Source of the DNA: a virus
Taxonomy: Duplodnaviria > Caudoviricetes
Strand: one strand, 5' to 3'
Virus record (IMG/VR): IMGVR_UViG_3300025296_000020
Coordinates: 1 to 50,390 of that record
DNA: 50,390 bases
Below are positions 47,173 to 50,390 of this stretch, in pieces. The number at the start of each line of letters is the position of its first letter. Position 1 is the first letter of the stretch. The notes below the pieces were generated by a model that saw only the letters and a program-made list of their open reading frames with translations, did not search any database and had not been told where the DNA came from. The translations under genes were made by a program, and so were the position numbers.

Positions 47173-47273
47173 AAAACCTGCAACTGGTGCGGGGACCGTG
47201 TAAACCCCAGCGACTGCTACGCTACCTTTATGGCGCAAAATTGGCTTTGTGACTTGTGCGGTAAGGCCGTCGC

Positions 47274-47432
47274 ATGACGCTTCAACAACGAATTGATCGT
47301 CTGCGCGAGGCTCTCAGAGAGATACGCGACATTGCCCAGGTCAGCGAAGGTGTAGATTTTTACGCCATGCTGGCCGACCGTGCGTTAACGTTTGACGAAC
47401 ATCATACCGAACACGACGAAAACAGTGGCTGA
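47274..47432 (+). CDS. 52-aa hypothetical protein (MTLQQRIDRLREALREIRDIAQVSEGVDFYAMLAD...)
   Basis: Hand-translated; AAGG upstream; fills the gap; not in the ORF track. Confidence 0.55.
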   Translation: MTLQQRIDRLREALREIRDIAQVSEGVDFYAMLADRALTFDEHHTEHDENSG

Positions 47433-47628
47433 AAAAAAAGAAGAGGGGCCAGAGGGAATAATTTGCTCCGTCTGCCGCTCCGAATTTGATCTTGATGAGG
47501 AGGGCGGCACCACCGGCCTGTTTGGTATCCTCCCCGTCGCCTTTTGCCCCTGGTGCCTCGCCAGTCTCATCGACATGGTGCAGCAGGGTTGTCCTACTTG
47601 CCAGGACGAATCGGAGTCTATTCACTAA
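47425..47628 (+). CDS. Small zinc-finger-like protein
   Basis: CSVC...CPWC...CPTC; start uncertain (GTG 47425 or TTG 47392). Confidence 0.55.
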   Translation: MAEKKEEGPEGIICSVCRSEFDLDEEGGTTGLFGILPVAFCPWCLASLIDMVQQGCPTCQDESESIH

Positions 47629-48155
47629 TGGGCAAAAGATCCGATTTTAAACGGCGGGAACGGGACTTTTATCCCACGCCATACGAGGCTGTATTCCCTC
47701 TGCTCCCCCACCTTGCGCCTAAAACCAAGTTCATCGAGCCTTGCGCCGGGGAACGGGACCTTGTGCGTCACCTCACCGAGCATGGGCATGAGTGCGTCAG
47801 TGCCAGCGACATCAGCGACAGCCCTGGAATCGATGCGCGTCACCTCACAGATGGTGAAGGAGCCGACGCTTTCATCACCAATCCTCCCTGGGGGCGGCCT
47901 GTCCTACACCCTATAATTGTAAATTTATCCAATACGCTGCCCACGTGGCTTCTTTTTGATGCCGACTGGATGCACACGAAACAGGCGGTTACCTATCTTG
48001 AGCGGTGTCTCAAGATCGTCTCCGTCGCCAGAGTTAAATGGATGGGTCCCGATTCCCCCCACACGGGAAAGGACAACTGTTGCTGGTATCTTTTTGACCG
48101 AAATCACCCAGAACCTCCCGTGACGCAATTTTTTGGTAAGCCGTGGAATATATAA
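47628..48155 (+). CDS. DNA amino-methyltransferase (m6A/m4C type)
   Basis: DFYPTP, SAM-binding EPCAG, catalytic ITNPPW; TAATG-coupled start. Confidence 0.85.
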   Translation: MGKRSDFKRRERDFYPTPYEAVFPLLPHLAPKTKFIEPCAGERDLVRHLTEHGHECVSASDISDSPGIDARHLTDGEGADAFITNPPWGRPVLHPIIVNLSNTLPTWLLFDADWMHTKQAVTYLERCLKIVSVARVKWMGPDSPHTGKDNCCWYLFDRNHPEPPVTQFFGKPWNI

Positions 48156-48961
48156 GCGTCAGCCTTGGGCTACTCCGTCTATTGTACGACCTCAACAGCC
48201 CTGCCGCCGTCCCTCCCAATCTCATCATCCAGCAGTGGCTCTATGGAAAGGGAACTTACGTCATCCACCAGGACATCACCGAAAGAGAAGCCTGTTCGCG
48301 AGCCGAATCCCGCGCCAAGCTGGACGCGCTGCGGCAATTCGGCGGCGAATACATGGGCGCACAGTCTCTTGTAGCCTGTGAGGAGACCAATGACGGCGTT
48401 AATTGCCCCATGCAGAATATCACCTGGACCACGGTCAACGGACTCATCAGCCGTATCCGCAACAAGACCGTGCGAGCCGGTGAAACGCTGGAAGGGCACC
48501 GCACGTGCCGCGTCGTCCTGGAAGCGCAAATTTCCCTGCGCCCAGAGGCCCCGGACCCCGGCTTCGACATCCAGATCAAGCTCTCCTCCGACATCTTCCG
48601 GGAGGGAGACCCCATCACCATCAGCCTGGACCCAAGCCAACCCATGTACGTTAATTTGTTGATGGAAGACGCCAATCACGACATTCATAAAGTCTTCCCT
48701 AACCAATACGATACAAACTTTTATATCGCATCACGGACCACGGTCCCAGCTACGAAGGGTTACAAAATCCTCGCGGCGTATGCACCCAACATTACATCCC
48801 CTACTTCCTACGAAATCCTGCACGTTCTCGCTACGCCGCAAAAGCTATTCTTATCAGACACTTACGACCCAGAGACCCTCGCCTTGAAGGTTCTGGAAAT
48901 TCCCAACGACCAACGACGTTATACCCGTCACACATACAAACTCATCAGGAGGACCCAATGA
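48143..48961 (+). CDS. Exported protein with DUF4384-like C-terminal domain
   Basis: EACSRAESRAKLDAL N-terminal part; FREGDPITI...PMYVNL...VFPNQY. Confidence 0.6.
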   Translation: MEYISVSLGLLRLLYDLNSPAAVPPNLIIQQWLYGKGTYVIHQDITEREACSRAESRAKLDALRQFGGEYMGAQSLVACEETNDGVNCPMQNITWTTVNGLISRIRNKTVRAGETLEGHRTCRVVLEAQISLRPEAPDPGFDIQIKLSSDIFREGDPITISLDPSQPMYVNLLMEDANHDIHKVFPNQYDTNFYIASRTTVPATKGYKILAAYAPNITSPTSYEILHVLATPQKLFLSDTYDPETLALKVLEIPNDQRRYTRHTYKLIRRTQ

Positions 48962-49572
48962 ATATAGCCCTAGCCATCGCGGCCTACTTACTCGTTAGCT
49001 TTTTACTCGCCGGTTGTTCGTCCCCGGCCCCTGGCTCTCCCGAATCGTTCATGCAGAAGCAACAAGCCAAGCACAACGCCCAACAGGCCATGATCCAGGA
49101 CACCATTGACGACCTCCCCAAGTGGTACAAGGATGTGCCAAAAAGCGACTATGCCATCCTGTCGGCTGGTGTCGCCACATCGCCTCACCTCCAGCTTGCC
49201 GTAGACAAGGCCATCTTGAACGCCAAGCGTATGCTCGCAGACCGGGTTGAGGGGCTGTTGTCATCCCAGGTAAAACAGTATGTGTCTGAAACGGGACGCG
49301 AAATCGCACCTATGGCTCTCATGGACTCAGAACACGTTACAAAAAATGTCCTAAGAGATGTCAACGTCTCCGGATACCGCGTCGAGGATATGGACATTAA
49401 ATCGCATGGGACCTATTTCCGAGTTTACGTTCTCCTTATGTACCCCCTCGGTGAAATGAACGACATCCTCACCTTACGACAGAGGCAGAGAGAGGCCAAG
49501 GAGCGTGTCTCCAGAACCGAAAAGGCGTATGATGAACTAGAGAAAGAACGCCGTGTTCCTGATTCGTACTAG
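48958..49572 (+). CDS. LPP20-like lipoprotein
   Basis: Signal peptide with LAGC lipobox; PKWY...SAGVATS..LQLAVDKAILNAKRMLA...FRVYVLL. Confidence 0.75.
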   Translation: MNIALAIAAYLLVSFLLAGCSSPAPGSPESFMQKQQAKHNAQQAMIQDTIDDLPKWYKDVPKSDYAILSAGVATSPHLQLAVDKAILNAKRMLADRVEGLLSSQVKQYVSETGREIAPMALMDSEHVTKNVLRDVNVSGYRVEDMDIKSHGTYFRVYVLLMYPLGEMNDILTLRQRQREAKERVSRTEKAYDELEKERRVPDSY

Positions 49573-49589
49573 CCCGATTCGTTCATCAT

Positions 49590-49775
49590 ATGTTCAAGCC
49601 TCAAGAACCACCGCACAGCAAGCCACAGTCGCTGGAAGCGACCAAGCTTCGACGTTGTCTTTTGTGTCTCCGGGATTTCCCGTCCAGTCATGCTGGCAAT
49701 CGCGTCTGCCGCCGCTGCAAAGACACCACAGATTATAACGACCTCTCCCACGCGGAACCCTACCCACGATTCTAG
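49590..49775 (+). CDS. Small zinc-ribbon protein
   Basis: RRCLLCLRDFPSSHAGNRVCRRCK. Confidence 0.6.
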   Translation: MFKPQEPPHSKPQSLEATKLRRCLLCLRDFPSSHAGNRVCRRCKDTTDYNDLSHAEPYPRF

Positions 49776-49811
49776 CTCTGTAACCCCTTGAAAACACGGG
49801 GTTATTAGAGC

Positions 49812-49840
49812 TTGACTTGTATTTTGGGCTATGGGACAAT
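49812..49840 (+). promoter_or_regulatory. Possible promoter
   Basis: TTGACT-17 nt-GACAAT in an AT-rich intergenic gap, preceded by an inverted repeat (TAACCCC...GGGGTTA). Confidence 0.35.
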
Positions 49841-49867
49841 TGGCATACACTATAAGAGTGAGGAAAG

Positions 49868-50065
49868 ATGATGGAACTTAAAGACAAAACGAAGCTGGTA
49901 GATTTCTTACGCAGTTGCGTAAGAAGCTTCACGGGCGATACCTCAGACTATGCCAGAGGCTATCGCCGCGCCAACCTGCTTTTCCGCAAGGCCATCGAAG
50001 CCGTCCACCGTGGTGAGTGCTGGGACGACCAATTGGAAGAGTGGGTAGCGGGAGAAGAGAAATGA
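49868..50065 (+). CDS. Hypothetical protein
   Basis: 65-aa ORF with GAGG SD. Confidence 0.55.
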   Translation: MMELKDKTKLVDFLRSCVRSFTGDTSDYARGYRRANLLFRKAIEAVHRGECWDDQLEEWVAGEEK

Positions 50066-50220
50066 CCCCCGACACATTTGATCACCTCGTAGGTGACGTG
50101 GAAGAAATCATGGGACACACAGTGAGTTTTTATCAGGTCTACCAGTTGGCTCAACTGTTCGTGCCCCTCCTGAACGTCCCCGCTAATTCCAACCAAAAGG
50201 AGACCAATAACGATGATTGA
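50062..50220 (+). CDS. Hypothetical protein, 52 aa
   Basis: ATGA-coupled start after GGAG. Confidence 0.5.
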   Translation: MTPDTFDHLVGDVEEIMGHTVSFYQVYQLAQLFVPLLNVPANSNQKETNNDD

Positions 50221-50390
50221 CAGAGAACTTTTGTTGCCAAGTCAGGCCCCGTGTACCTTACCGGAAGAGGCCATCGTGCCAGACGCAGGAGAGCCTCGCG
50301 CACGGGTATTCCCTCCCGACTATACGAAGGTGCCGGGTTCCGACCGCATGAGAACCAGTGTCCAGCACTACCTGGAACACGGTTACCATC
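50213..50390 (+). CDS. Hypothetical protein (partial, runs off the window)
   Basis: AAGGAG SD, ATG 50213, open to the window end. Confidence 0.5.
   Translation, partial: MIDRELLLPSQAPCTLPEEAIVPDAGEPRARVFPPDYTKVPGSDRMRTSVQHYLEHGYH

Noticed and set aside
39150-49840. TCCCA/TGGGA boxes in three intergenic regions (~39155, ~46076, ~49832)
   Set aside because: Too short and too few to distinguish from chance by eye
1-50390. tRNA genes, integrase/att site, introns or inteins, terminase
   Set aside because: None recognised; intergenic gaps are short and the polymerase and helicases appear uninterrupted; terminase presumably lies outside the window

Overview
About 50 kb of a tailed dsDNA phage genome (podovirus-like, resembling uncultured marine phages; host not determinable from sequence). 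The + strand carries a ~35.6-kb virion module: portal, holin-like genes, GroES-like co-chaperonin, scaffold, Mu gpT-like major capsid followed by a terminator and a pseudoknotted RNA, adaptor/tail/LamG-SPRY fibre genes, nozzle, large putative ejection proteins, and an M15A endolysin. From 39.2 kb the + strand carries a replication module: SSB-like, AEP primase, SF1 helicase, family A DNA polymerase, DNA methyltransferase and lipoproteins. No terminase, integrase or RNA polymerase is visible. The standout is a minus-strand operon at 35.6-39.1 kb: SNF2-like helicase, then a stand-alone RAMP/Cas7-like gene with a C-terminal glycine loop, then a 167-aa partner gene, then a ~590-nt non-coding array of period-5 units. 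Each unit is a conserved GGY/GAY/GGA triplet plus a variable NN dinucleotide, and single-base phase shifts cut the array into ~50-80-nt segments. This looks like a CRISPR-independent RNA-guided system with a gapped guide code, matching what I recall as VIPR-type loci. All annotations are by-eye motif recognition; no database searches were run.
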